Source: Octopus bimaculoides
Taxonomy: Eukaryota
NCBI RefSeq assembly: GCF_001194135.2
Contig: NC_069001.1
Coordinates: 16,179,571 to 16,237,901, forward strand
Direction of reading: 5' to 3'
Length of the DNA stretch: 58,331 nt
Positions 38,000-50,630 of the stretch are shown here, in pieces. The notes beneath the pieces are model-generated. The model was not told the DNA's origin, ran no database searches, and saw only the letters and a list, made by a program, of their open reading frames with translations. The translations under genes and the position numbers were made by a program. Every line of letters starts with the position of its first letter. Within the stretch, counting starts at the first letter, position 1.

Positions 38000-38625
38000 C
38001 TATTTGCAAACTATTGCAAAATACAGAGCAAACAATGTAGGAACAGAAATATCATCTTGTTTTACACCATTTTTTACAGAAATTGGACCTGACAAGGTAT
38101 CTCCAGCATTAACTCTCACTTCCATCTTGTCATGAAATTGTCTAAGCATTCTCACAAATTTTTCAGGGCAGCCTAGCTTTTTCAGGATCATCCAAAGTGC
38201 AAATCTATTTACAGAATCAAACACTTTTGTTGGTTCAATGGAAACCTGATATAAGTCCATATCCTGTTCGATGCACTTCTCTTGTAACCGTCTAGGAGAA
38301 AATATCATATCCATAGTACTCCTACTCCCTCTAAACCCCCATTGTGATTCTGGTAGAACCACATCATCAATGTGCAGAAGGAATCTATTCAGCATTACCA
38401 TACAAAGGCCCTTTCCAGTGACAGCTAACAGACAGATACCATGGAAATTATCACAGACATCCTTTCTATCTTTCAATTTATAGAGTATCTCCATAATTGC
38501 ATCATGCCAATCCCAAGGAACCACTTCACTATGCCAAACCTTCTGAATCACATCTGTCAACATTGTACAGAGATGTTCACTCCAATATTTGTATATCTCT
38601 GGACCGAATCCATCCATAGCAGGAA
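38000..38625 (-). mobile_element. RTE/BovB-like LINE reverse transcriptase fragment
   Basis: DGFGPEIYK...VPWDWHDA...DNFHGICLLAVTGK...LPESQWGFRGSRSTMDMIF...LQEKCIEQ...KVFDSVNR...GCPEKFV...KNGVKQ matches the early RT subdomains of RTE elements. It is truncated before YADD. Confidence 0.92.
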
Positions 38626-39440
38626 ACTTTTATTTTATTTAATTTAAAAGAAAATTTTTTTTTAGATCTTTTCGATTTTTATCAAGAGCGACCAGATATT
38701 TGTATATAGTTGTATTTTTATTTCATTTATATGTAAAAAAAAAAAGAAGAAAAAAATGAGAGGAAGAAAAGAAAGTTATATTTTATATACTTGTGTGTGT
38801 GTGTGTGTGTGNNNNNNNNNNNNNNNNNNNNNNNNNNNNNNNNNNNNNNNNNNNNNNNNNNNNNNNNNNNNNNNNNNNNNNNNNNNNNNNNNNNNNNNNN
38901 NNNNNNNNNNNNNNNNNNNNNNNNNNNNNNNNNNNNNNNNNNNNNNNNNNNNNNNNNNNNNNGCGGTGGACTCCTTTTGTAAACAATATATGACGGTTCT
39001 GCAATTTCTTGTTGAACAACCTGAACAGTGAACAGATGATTTGTTTACAGTGATCAAATGTTTGTGCTGTACATTAGCTCACTCTTTCTATCAAAATGAC
39101 ATTTCCTGTGAGGGGGATAGTGTGCCACATGCTAGATGTTGAAGTGATCACAGAGCAACATGATTTGAAGTGATCCTGGTCCATGAATTAAAACCACAGT
39201 CTTACTTATTTCTTTACTGCCCACAAGGGGCTACACACAGGGGACAAAGAAGGACAGACAAATGAATTAAGTCGATCATATCGCCCCCAGTGCGTAACTG
39301 GTACTTATCTAATCAACCCCGAAAGGATGAAAGGCAAAGTTGACCTCGATGGAATTTGACTTCAGAACATAGCGGCAGACGAAATACCGCTATGTATTTC
39401 GCCCGGTGTGCTGACGTTTCTGCCAGCAGGCCACCTTCTT

Positions 39441-39556
39441 ACTATCGTGAGTTCAATGCTCTAAATACCACAGTCATACTATCGTGAGTTCAATGCTCTA
39501 AATACCACAGTCATACTATCAGGAGTTCAATGCTCTAAAAACTAGGCCATACTATC
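39441..39556. repeat. 37-bp tandem repeat, about 3 copies
   Basis: Unit actatcgtgagttcaatgctctaaataccacagtcat occurs twice identically, plus one diverged copy. Confidence 0.9.
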
Positions 39557-39590
<34 letters not shown>

Positions 39591-39593
<3 letters not shown>

Positions 39594-39857
39594 GCGCATG
39601 AGTGGCTGTGTGGTAAGTAGCTTGCTTACCAACCACATGGTTCTGGGTTCAGTCCCACAGTGAGGCACCTTGGGGAAGTGTCTACTACTATAGCCTCAGA
39701 CCGACCAAAGCCTTGTCAGTGGATTTGGTAGACGAAAACTGAAACAAGCCTGTCGTATATATGTATATATATATATATATGTGTGTGTTTGTGTGTCTGT
39801 GTTTGTCCCCCTAACATCACTTGACAACCAATGCTGGTGTGTTTACGTCCCCGTAAC
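39591..39857 (+). mobile_element. SINE family A copy running into an assembly gap
   Basis: Runs from gaggcgcatgagtggctgtgtggtaagtagc to gtttacgtccccgtaac. Confidence 0.9.
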
Positions 39858-42637
39858 NNNNNNNNNNNNNNNNNNNNNNNNNNNNNNNNNNNNNNNNNNN
39901 NNNNNNNNNNNNNNNNNNNNNNNNNNNNNNNNNNNNNNNNNNNNNNNNNNNNNNNNNNNNNNNNNNNNNNNNNNNNNNNNNNNNNNNNNNNNNNNNNNNN
40001 NNNNNNNNNNNNNNNNNNNNNNNNNNNNNNNNNNNNNNNNNNNNNNNNNNNNNNNNNNNNNNNNNNNNNNNNNNNNNNNNNNNNNNNNNNNNNNNNNNNN
40101 NNNNNNNNNNNNNNNNNNNNNNNNNNNNNNNNNNNNNNNNNNNNNNNNNNNNNNNNNNNNNNNNNNNNNNNNNNNNNNNNNNNNNNNNNNNNNNNNNNNN
40201 NNNNNNNNNNNNNNNNNNNNNNNNNNNNNNNNNNNNNNNNNNNNNNNNNNNNNNNNNNNNNNNNNNNNNNNNNNNNNNATATATATATATATAAATGAGT
40301 GCGCTTTTTCTAATGAGTTGTAGTGAATCTGAGCACTGTATACAATAAGTTCAGGATTATTATTGAGTGAGAGAGCAGTGCTTGCCATCAAAGTGACACT
40401 AGGGTACAAATACATGAAGCCCAATATACCCACCATGACTGCTCGTCTGATAAGGATACACCAGACACATGCATTACAACCATACGTGCGCAGCATGGTA
40501 TTCTCATATCAAGATGATCAATGTAAGGTCGAGTGGCCCATCCCACACAAAAGGTCCCTGAATAAGGGTTGTTTAAGGATGTTGAACAAAACAGCCTTTA
40601 TCATTATTACTTCTCCTCCTCCTCCTCCTACTCCTACTCCTACTACTAAAGTGGTGAGCTGGCAGAATCATTAGCACACTGGGCAAAATACCTAGCTGCA
40701 TTTTGTCCATCTTTATGTTCTGAGTTCAACTTTGCCTTTCATCTAATCAGGATCGATAAAATAAGTACCAGTTGAATACTGAGGTCGATGTAATCGACTT
40801 ATCCCCTCTCCCAAAAATGCTGACCTTGTGCCAAAATTATAATTATTATTATTATTATTATTTAATAGAATAAAATTACTAAGATTAATTGTTTGTTTAT
40901 TTATTTAACAGTTCCATGCTCTACAATACACTGGTCTGTCTATGTCTTGTTCACGAGCGTTTATGTAGCATACTAAATGAGAAGGTGTTGCAAGTCTTTG
41001 CTCAACAATCCTCCAATTGTTGGAGGAAAGGCAATACTGTGGGTGGCACACCACACTTTTCAAAGAAGAAGAAGAGGAAGAGGACTGGCTTAATTAATAT
41101 ACTTCATTCATTGACTCATCACAGAAGAATAAAAGACAAAATTGTGACTTCAATAAGGTTTGAACTCTGTACACAAGGAGCAAGAATAAATACTGCAAGT
41201 TGTCCGTCTGCTGCTCTGACGATCTCGCCAGTCGGCCACATCGTTCATTGGAGATAACAAATAATGTAGAACTGAGAGTTACTGCCCTTGGTTCACTTAT
41301 ACCTGACTCTTCTACACTTCTTTACTCGTAAGTATTCGCCACACACGCACACAAATAAGTCGATGAGTTGGGTGGTCAGTATGTGGTCGTTCGAGCTGCA
41401 AAAAATAACAACCAACTTGGACTAAATTACACACTGTCATCTTAAATAAGGAAGCGATTGACAAGATAGTGCGTTCGTACAAACCCTTAGAAAAGACGGG
41501 ATGGTTATGGCTGGAATGGGTTTCCACACTGGTCTGCTCGACCAGAGATGACTAAGAGAACAACAACAAAAAATTGCTATCTGTTTTCTTTCTTTATTTC
41601 CATTTCAATTAGTTATAAGAGGAGCTAAGGAACCTTCTATGATTGCTCCATCTGTTACAAATAGCAGTCAAATCTCCCTCAAATCACAACTGTTTCACAC
41701 ACGCAAGTGCACGCACACACACGTAAAGGAAATGACTGAGTACAATTTAGTCTTAGATATGCTATGGCTGAAGAAAACAGAAAGATGGTTGCAAATGGAA
41801 TATATTTGGTCATCGGTCTACTCAATTAGGTCTGACCTGGGAGTAAACAATAACAAAATTGTAAGCTAGTGAAGGTGTGTTTTACAGTAACTTGACCTTG
41901 TAAGAAATAACATTCAAATCACACCCTTGTGGTTTAAAAGAAAAAAGTTGAAAGGACACTTTAGGTAAAACAATTAGAAACATTCTTCAAAAGACATGGG
42001 GATCATTGCTGGAATATCTTTGGTCATTGGTGTATTTAAACAGGAATGAGCTGGGCCTAACCAGTAGCAACCAATTAATAAAACTCACTTCACCTATTGA
42101 TTATTATAATTTGTTAACCAGATATAACTGTCACAGGAAGGAATTACAAGACAGACTGACCCAAGGCAAATAAAAAAAAAATCACATTCACCCAGTGTAA
42201 CTATTTCCCAGGGTCTTACACCTCATCCTTCAAAGCCTTTAACATTTAGAATTGTTTGGTTTCATCTGAAGCCACCTGTATTGATCTACACATGTAAAGG
42301 TCATCATCTTCCCTTGGTATCACAGAACTCCTAACAGTTATATATTAGACAAGACACAGGACTTTTATGATGATATTTTCCCTTATTTTCTGTCAATTTT
42401 CCGAAAGATCTAAGAGTTTTTAAGATAAAAATTTTTTACTCAAGTCTTCCCACCTTCGCACAGAACAGAGAGAGATTTAAGGTACTACAGAGATTGCTTT
42501 GTTTCTGTCTGAAATGCTTTAAGTCTTCATTGGAAACAAGACTCACAACTGGTTAAGAACTAGACTGATTTGAGCCAGAATATATTATAATACTTTGGGT
42601 CTGCAGTTTACTCCCAGAATATCTTTATGTTAGAGCC

Positions 42638-42992
42638 CAGTGGTTCTCAGCCATTTTTTATCTTTGGACCCCTTTGATTACTATTCTGTTCTGGTGGACC
42701 TCCATAGTCATTTGATGTGTAAAAACTAATTTTATAGATGCTCTTTTCTAAATTGCTATTTTATTTTTCACACATTAACTTGTGTAGTTTGAACTATGTA
42801 AAACATTAGTGAAAGAAACCTTGAAACCTTGCTGTTTTTTTTTTTTTTGCAATAAATACATCTAAAGCAAAATCTTTTCATGGTCACTTAAAATACTGCT
42901 AGGGATCTCCAATTTACTATTTTGCTTGCATGAACTCCCAAAAATCTTATATGGACCCCAGTAGTCATAAGGACCCTAGTTGAGAATCACTG
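42638..42992. mobile_element. hAT-type MITE, longer copy
   Basis: Ends cagtggttctcagcc and gttgagaatcactg, with gttagag on both flanks. A third, 5'-clipped copy at about 17177-17392 is flanked by atgtaaac and atgtaaat. Confidence 0.8.
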
Positions 42993-45505
42993 AGTTAGAG
43001 TGTGAACACAAAGTTCCAGATACCCTATATACTAAGTGAAGTTAGTATAGTTAACATGGCTTAAAGAAAGCTTAATTACAAACTATGACTGGACTGGTGA
43101 ATGAGTCTGGAAATATAAAGTGGGAACTCACACTGTGCTGTGTTTTATCAAAACCTGTTCTAATAAATTCCATTATCCACATGTGTATGCAAAGGGTAGG
43201 GTAACTGGTTCTTAAAATGCATCTGAGAGGAGGTAGTGTGGAATATCAGAAACAGTAAAGTGTTAGAGTAACTGTTTAATATTAGTTCATTTCGTCCCTT
43301 TGTGTACTGTGTTGAAATCCTGCCATGTCTTTCATATTTTTAGAGTTGACATGTGCTGGTGTCAAGTCAGTGACTAATACACAAATGTTCTCTGTAAATT
43401 TTGTGGTCTTTTCATCAACATGAGATATTAATATTTATTTAGCTGAAGATACCAGATTGATGAAGGAAGTAAAAAATACTTGACTGTTTCTTTTTCTTAG
43501 AAATATTCTTCAAAATTAATTGTTCTTAGCATTTCACGAATCAGGAGGATAACTCTTCTTGATATTATCTATCTTTCTGAACAAATACCTTCAATTTTAG
43601 AGCTGTTCTTGCAAGGCAAGTCATTTGATCCGAGACCATGTAATGAAACTAAAACAGCTACAGTGTGGAAGACATATATTAACCATTAATAAAAATACAC
43701 AAAGACTTAACTTCCACTGCAGTGACCAGGTCACAAATGGTGCAATGGAAATTTTGACACCAAATAAATGATAAATGATTAAATTAAGTTAACAGTTTTT
43801 GTGTTTTTGAATGGCTAATATGCATTTTCCACAGGCTTATTAATATTTTACAGATGCATACAGTATTTCTTACCACAGAACACAGCTGAGATTTAACAAT
43901 CAAAATAGAACACATGTAGGCAATATAAACTTTATATTGCTGTCTGTAAATGGTTATATGAAATCTAATGCCTTGTAGATCAAATGTTTTCTGATGTATA
44001 TGGGTCTATGTATTAACTGAAAGAGCTATGATTTGAATGAGTGTTGTGTGATTTTCTTAGTAATAGTGAACTTGCCACCATATTTAAATCTAAGATTATG
44101 CAATATTTTAAGAAGAGATAATATGTATGTTTTATTTCAATGTGTCATTCCTCACCCATTACCTATATTTTAATGTATTAATGTTTAAAGCTTCCTTTAT
44201 TAAGATTCATATCATTCTAATTGATATAATTACAAATCAATGAGGGAGCCTCTGCATGGTTATTCAACTTGCTAGAAATAATAGCTAAATCTTCTTCAAC
44301 CTATAGACTATAGTCTTAAAAAATGAAACACTGGATAATGTAGTCCAGGCTACAATATGCCAGAGAAAACGACAGGATACTAATGTCTTCAATAGCTCTG
44401 GTCCAATTTAGGACTAAACAACAACCAATACCTTATTTTGCGGTTTTAAAAACTATTTTATATCTGTTGTTGTTTCTTATGTTTTTGATCATCTTTTAAG
44501 GGCTTAATCATGATTTTCTTCAGGGTCTCCAAGATCAAGAAGGTGACAGGTAAAACCTACCATCAGACTGGAGATGAAGCCCAAGAACAAGCAACAAGTG
44601 CATTCAACTAAATGAAAATCTCCATACACAGAAATGTAATGTATGTACAAGGGAGTGCTGAAAAGGGTATTGCTTTAAGAGTATTGTGAAAGGCCTGGTT
44701 GGAGGCCCAACCTTCTGAATCCTTTTACAGGGCTTAGAAGAACTGAAGGACTATTGCAATAAGTGTATGAATCTGAGAGGGGAATGTGTTGAATAAAATC
44801 GTAATTAACTGATCCTCCTGCATTTTCTTTTACGCAAAGCCAAGAACTCTTCAACACCCACTCATATGTGTGTGGGCAATTACATAGAGCTAGATACGTG
44901 ACTCAAAATTCAAGTTTTGGGCATTGCACTTCTCAAATTTTACATACATATGTATTAAGCACACAATCCACACACATACATACTTGGTGAGATCAGCCCT
45001 GTCTTCTTTGTTGCACAAGAATGAAGAGTTTAGATGGGATAATACTTTGCTGAAGAAATTATTCTACAGTAGCAATGGAACCTGTTCCCTTCTTTTTATT
45101 TCTCTTTGTTTGATCTTTGTTTTTTTTCTTTAAATATTATTTTTTAATAATGTCAGCTAAACTATTCCAAGCAGTTATGAATTAAGAATTTTACGTAAAG
45201 GAAAAAGTCATCATAACATGAACCAAACAGAGTTATTTCCCTTGCTCAGAAGCACATCATAACGGAGAGATTGTGTTTGGGACAATGTAATCAACATAAT
45301 CCTACAACCAATGAGAATGTAGGATTTAAGAGTTTAAAAATCAGTTTGAGAGATCATGGCTGTTTGGATAAGAAGTTCGCAAAGCAATCACGCTGTGGAA
45401 CAGCTTGAAGAATTATCTTCCACTATAGCTTTCTGAGAGAATTTCGTAGATAGAAACTGAAAGAAGCTAGGCATATACGCGCGCGCGTGTGCATATGTGT
45501 GCGTG

Positions 45506-45537
<32 letters not shown>

Positions 45538-45557
45538 CAATACACACGCACACACAC

Positions 45558-45846
45558 ATGGCCTAGTGGTTAGATGTTGATCTCACAAATGTGAGATTGT
45601 GGTTTCAATTCTTAGACTGGATGGTGTGTTGTGTTCTTGAGCTGAATACTTCATCTCATTTTGTGCAGCATTCACCTTGACACTGATGTGTGGTACACCG
45701 TGCACCTGTTTGGGCAATGTCTATTTGATGGAGGGAGTGAGTTAATGTGCAGAACATACATTTGATCGCTATGAATAAATCATTTGTGCAGGTCAGTCAG
45801 CAAAAAAATCTGAATTCTCACACACCATCTTCGATGGGAGAGTCCA
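45558..45846 (+). mobile_element. SINE with family-B-type head and a third 3' module
   Basis: Head catggcctagtggttag...gttcttgagc; tail gatgtgtggtacac...gatggagggagtgag...atgggagagtc. A second copy lies at about 6705-6982. Confidence 0.8.
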
Positions 45847-45847
45847 T

Positions 45848-45880
<33 letters not shown>

Positions 45881-46364
45881 TATATTTTGATTGCAAGATT
45901 CCGGATGTGAACACCTGGGTTGAAATAGCATTTGTTGTATCTAGAGAGGGTCATAATGCCAATAAACACACACACTGATTCTATTTCACTTCTTTTTTTG
46001 GTTAACTAGTCAACATTTGACCAATTAACAAATAATCAATTAACTAATCAAACAGCCAGTTAGTTAATTATTTCTTAAATGGTGAACAAGTTGATTAATG
46101 ATAAGCCTTTCTATTATAGGCATGAGACCTGAAATTTTTGGGGAGGGGTAGTCAATTACAGTGACCCCCAAATGGATGAAAGGCAGAGTCGACTTCAGCA
46201 GCATTTAAACTCAGAGGTTAAAGAGAGAAAATGCAGCTGAACTTTTTGTCTGGTGTCCTAATGATTCTGTCATCTCATTGCCTTTAGCTGATTAATAATA
46301 AGATGTAAAATAGAACCAGTGTGTGTATATTACTGACATAAGTATCTTTCCAAGGTACAACTGT

Positions 46365-46398
<34 letters not shown>

Positions 46399-46725
46399 TA
46401 TATGTCTGTGTGTACGTGTGTCTGTCTATGCTTGTTCACATTTATGCTCTTTGAAAGTTGCAAGCTACAAACAGTATTGTTCTTTTCAACAGATTGTCCA
46501 CGTACTTCCTGCTTTCAAAGATATCTGTAATCAGAGATCCCTTAAGAAAACAGTTCAGGGTTAATGACAATAAGGCTGTAAAACAATGGCCCTGATATAC
46601 TCATCTAACCCATGCCAGCATATATAAACAGACATAAAACAAATGAATCAGCATTAGATGTAGAAGTTTCTGGAATAACCCAATGGCCTAGTAAAACATT
46701 AAGACTCAGCTGGTTTAGTACCTAC

Positions 46726-46959
46726 CGATGCATCGATGGCTTCTTTGGTTTGTGCTATGCCCATTGCTATTTGGTCTCTTAATCTTCGAAATTCGTGAAA
46801 ATCTGCAAATTCAGAGGGAGATTCCAAACTTTGGCAGTATTTGTCAGATAGATCTTGTCTGGGTAATTGGTATATCAGTTGCAAGTCTCGATAACGTTCT
46901 CCTTGAGCAGAAATCCGAGGTACTTTGTGATTCGGTAGCTGGTCCATATATTCTGAAAT
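46726..46959 (-). CDS. Internal coding exon encoding the PET domain core of a PET-LIM protein (LIMPETin/Limpet-like; Prickle/Testin family)
   Basis: Translation ISEYMDQLPNHKVPRISAQGERYRDLQLIYQLPRQDLSDKYCQSLESPSEFADFHEFRRLRDQIAMGIAQTKEAIDAS matches the PET pattern Y...LP..KVP....GE.YR..QL..QLP.(Q/H)D....C. Acceptor tttcttttcag|ATT at 46960/46959 and donor TCG|gtaggt at 46726/46725 give 234 nt = 78 codons, phase 0-0. QLP.QDL and the F..F...R..IA segment recall Limpet more than Prickle (from memory, not searched). Confidence 0.9.
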
Positions 46960-47221
46960 CTGAAAAGAAATATTTTGGAAAATTTAGACTGGCAGATTTA
47001 AATGTAAAATATATTTTCTAAATTAATTAATTTAATATATACTTATATGGAATATAATGTACGTAATATATAATATGGAATATATGTAATAGAAAATGTA
47101 AGATGTAATATAAGTAATATGATGTCATAATATTTAATATAATGTTATAATATGTAATATATATGTAATATAATGTATGTAATATAATTTAACATATGTG
47201 TGTATGTGTGTGTTCTTTTAT

Positions 47222-47487
47222 TATTTTACTTGTTTCAGTCATATGACTGCGGCCATGCTGGAGCACCGCCTTTAGTTGAACAATATATATATATATTTTT
47301 ATATATATATTTATATATATAAGACAAACTTCTTTCAGTTTCCGCCTACCAAATCCATTCACAAGGCTTTGGTTTGCCCAAGGCTATAGTAGAAGACACT
47401 TGCCCAAGGTGCCATGCAGTGGGACTGAACCGAGAATCTTATAGTTGGGAAGCGAGCTTCTTACCATGCAGCCATGACTGTGCCTAT
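47222..47487 (-). mobile_element. SINE family A copy with internal deletion
   Basis: The 3' end and the 5' half are joined through a TA tract; the middle body is missing. Confidence 0.8.
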
Positions 47488-48169
47488 GCATTCATGTGTG
47501 TTTATGTGCTTCCTCTTTTTGACATCACATAATAGTTGTAAACCATCATGCAAGTGATGTCCTTTCTTCCCAATCATCCACGAAAACATGTCTTGTCATG
47601 GGAAAATATTATCCAGCTTAGAAACAAGTGAAGGTTAGCAACAGGAAGGGCATCCAGCTGTAGAAAATCTGCCTTAACAATTTCTATTTGATCGATGAAG
47701 ACACAGAAAAGTGGACATTAAAATGATGATAGAGTAGGGACCTCACTACAATAATGATTTCTTAACCCCCCCCAAAAAGGATAATTTTGGGGACATTCTA
47801 TTTTAAATAATGAAGTAAGTTTTTAAGTTCTTCATCTGTCTTAGTTATAATATTTTTCCTTTCAGTGGTAGAATTATCACACCAATTGGTCCTTTGAGAC
47901 CAGAGAACTAACAACTACTGTGTTGTAAACATTTCAAGAAAAGTTTCTGGCTTCTTTTGAGCTAATATTTTTCTTTGCAGACGTCAACTGGCAGGGGATC
48001 ATGTAGAGAAGTCATGCAAAGGCAATGATCTGTGTGCATCCACCTTTTATTTATAAAAGGTGTGCAGTATATATGTATTGTATTATATCGTAAACCAGGT
48101 TCCCAATTAACGTGTAGCAATTGGTTATCTCCCTTTAGTAATTTCTGTTGATAGAGCATTTTGGAAGCT

Positions 48170-48408
48170 GGTAAGGGTAGCAAGCCGGCAGAAACGTTAG
48201 CACGCCGGGCGAAATACTTATCGGTATTTCGTCTGCCGCTACGTTCTGAGTTCAAATTCCGCCAAGGTCGACTTTGCCTTTCATCCTTTCGGGGTCGATT
48301 AAATAAGTACCAGGTATGCACTGGGTCGATATAATCGACTTAAACCGTTTGTCTGTCCTTGTTTGTCCCCTCTGTGTGTAGCTCCTTGTGGGCAGTAAAG
48401 AAATAAGA
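48170..48408 (+). mobile_element. tRNA-derived SINE family C, young copy
   Basis: ggcagaaacgttagcacgccgggcgaaatac...gagttcaaattccgccaaggtcgactttgcctttcatcctttcggggtcgattaaataagtacc... with many intact CpGs. A similar young copy lies at 39205-39435(-). Older copies lie near 6995-7200, 14340-14540, 28715-28930, 36260-36400, 40650-40840, 46105-46290, 50840-51270 and 53950-54170. Confidence 0.9.
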
Positions 48409-49234
48409 ATTGTGAGCATATAGGTCAAAATGCTTGGTTGCATTTCTTCTGGCTCTTCATGTTTTGAGTTCAAATCCTGCCAAAGTCAACTTTGCCTTTC
48501 ATTTTCTTTAGGGTTGATAAAATGAATTATCAGGATAAAATGCTTGCTGGCATTTCTTCTGGCTCTTTATGTCCTGAGTTCAAATTCTACTGAAGCCAAC
48601 TCTGCCTTTCATTCTTTTGGGGTTGCTAAAATAAAGTGCCAGTCCATCTCTCAAAATCGTTAGCTTTTTGCCAAAATTGTAAAGAATTATTGAGCTGCCA
48701 AAAAAGAGAGTCAAACAAAATACTTTGCAAGATTTCACCCTAGTTCTTTATGTTCTGAGTTCAAATCCTGCTGATTTCACTTAGCCTTTCAGCCTTAATA
48801 AAATAAAGTACCAGACAGGTACTGAAACAGATGATCCCAACAAACCTTTCTCTTCCCAAAACTGCTGGTCTTCTGCCTAAATTAGAAATAATTGTTTGAC
48901 AGATGATGAGAGCAATGGATGAAATAAATGCTAGAACAAACCATTAAGTACTTTGCAGTAATTAATTAGACATCTTTATAGTCTGAGTTCAAATCCTACC
49001 AGGTTCGACTTCACCTTTTATCATCCTAAGGTCGATAAAAGGATTATAAGTTAATGTTTAACCCCACCAGTTCAATCTCAACTGAGAAGACTGTATGACC
49101 AAAGATGCTTTTGACTTACAAGAATTACATATCTAAGAACTACATTCTCCGTTGTGTTACTCCTGTTTGAAGAAGGTGAGCTTTTAGAGTCTTGGTTCTC
49201 AATCTGGCTCTGTAATTCATGGCAGATCAAACAA

Positions 49235-49272
<38 letters not shown>

Positions 49273-50435
49273 CTTGTAAGATATAAAAAAGTAATGCAGC
49301 ACCCATGACTTTGGAAACAGTTTTTGACATTCAGAATTATCAAAGCATGGAATAAGTACCCACATCAGTCGTTAGCTGTCAGGACATTGCATCCTTCAAA
49401 GATTCCATCCATGCTTCCCAAAATTCACTAACACTACTCTTGACGTACCTATGCACCCTTTTCTCTTCATGGTTCTTTTAATGTTCATTTTTCTGTCCAT
49501 GTACTTATAACTTTCACTGCTGTCTTCCTTTACTTAAATTATGGCTGCTTTAATGTCCCCTCTTTTAATCTTTTCCAATGAGTTGTAGTGTATCTGAGAA
49601 CTTCATACAGAAATTCATTATTATTATTGTTTTTCTTCAGTGCTAAGGTAATTACTGAGTATGGTTTTTTTTTTTTATGTTTGTCTGGGTTATGTTGGAG
49701 AGATTGTGTTTTTTAATGAATTCAGGGATTGCAGTGGGAAAATTGGGAATAAAAGGCACTTGTATAGGGACAACCATTGCTCATATTATGGTTGGATGAC
49801 TTAACTATTGTTTCATACAGAAGGTGTCACTGAATTATTATCTTCTGATCAATTCTCTTTGCTAGTAGTCAGATGCCATAGAACAAGTAGAGTTATGTAC
49901 CTTGCTCAAGATGGGCAACATATCAGAGAATAGAGTGGTTCCATAATTCCACAAGAATCCTATCACACTTTCTCTTAACTTCAGTTACTCAACACCGATT
50001 AAGGGACCTCTATGTGATGACTCAGTCTGGTAGAAATAGCAGCCAAATCTCCTTGCTTGCTTCATGCACTTGCTTGATGGGGCTGAGATCATCCCACATT
50101 AGTGGTCCCAGAGGTGTCATCGTGTATAGGGCCAACCAGGTCCAGCAGTGCTCCCAATTGCTTGTGGTCCCATGCCAACCTCTCTGTATCCTCCAACATG
50201 ACATTGAGCCTCTGGAGATCTTCCTTAATCCTGTCCAGCCTTCAAGTGTGAGGCCTGCAGTGGGACCTCTTCCAAATCTCTCTCAAATCATAAATTACCA
50301 TCTTAAACTAAATGTAGGGGGCGTACGTTAGTGACCTCTGTAGTATCTTTGACCTCAGGTCTGATGTATCAGGGATGCAACATTAGCAAGAACAACAATG
50401 ATGGGGGAAGACACCAGAAAAAATACCTTCTGTCA

Positions 50436-50630
50436 AGTCTTATGTAACAATATCTTCTGTATAGTCTGTTATATGTAACAATATCTTCTCTGTAGAGTAT
50501 TATACATAACATTACTTTTTATATAGTCTGTTTTATGTAACAGTATCTCAGAGTATTACTTAACAATATCATCTTTATATGTAACCGTACCTTCTATATA
50601 GAGTACTATATGTAATAGTATCTTCTACAT
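50436..50630. repeat. Degenerate approximately 30-bp minisatellite
   Basis: Repeated ttatatgtaacaatatcttctgtatagtctg-like units, with further units at about 50775-50830 and 51278-51320. Confidence 0.75.

Noticed and set aside
39441-39556. CRISPR-like array
   Set aside because: Eukaryotic context with contiguous units and no unique spacers.
43588-43660. 60-69-nt minus-strand exon candidate ending GAAG|gtattt
   Set aside because: Phase 1-1 is incompatible with the phase-0 PET exon, and there is no homology.
47962-48321. 119-aa minus-strand ORF near the PET exon
   Set aside because: Its first half is antisense SINE C and the remainder lacks PET N-terminal motifs.
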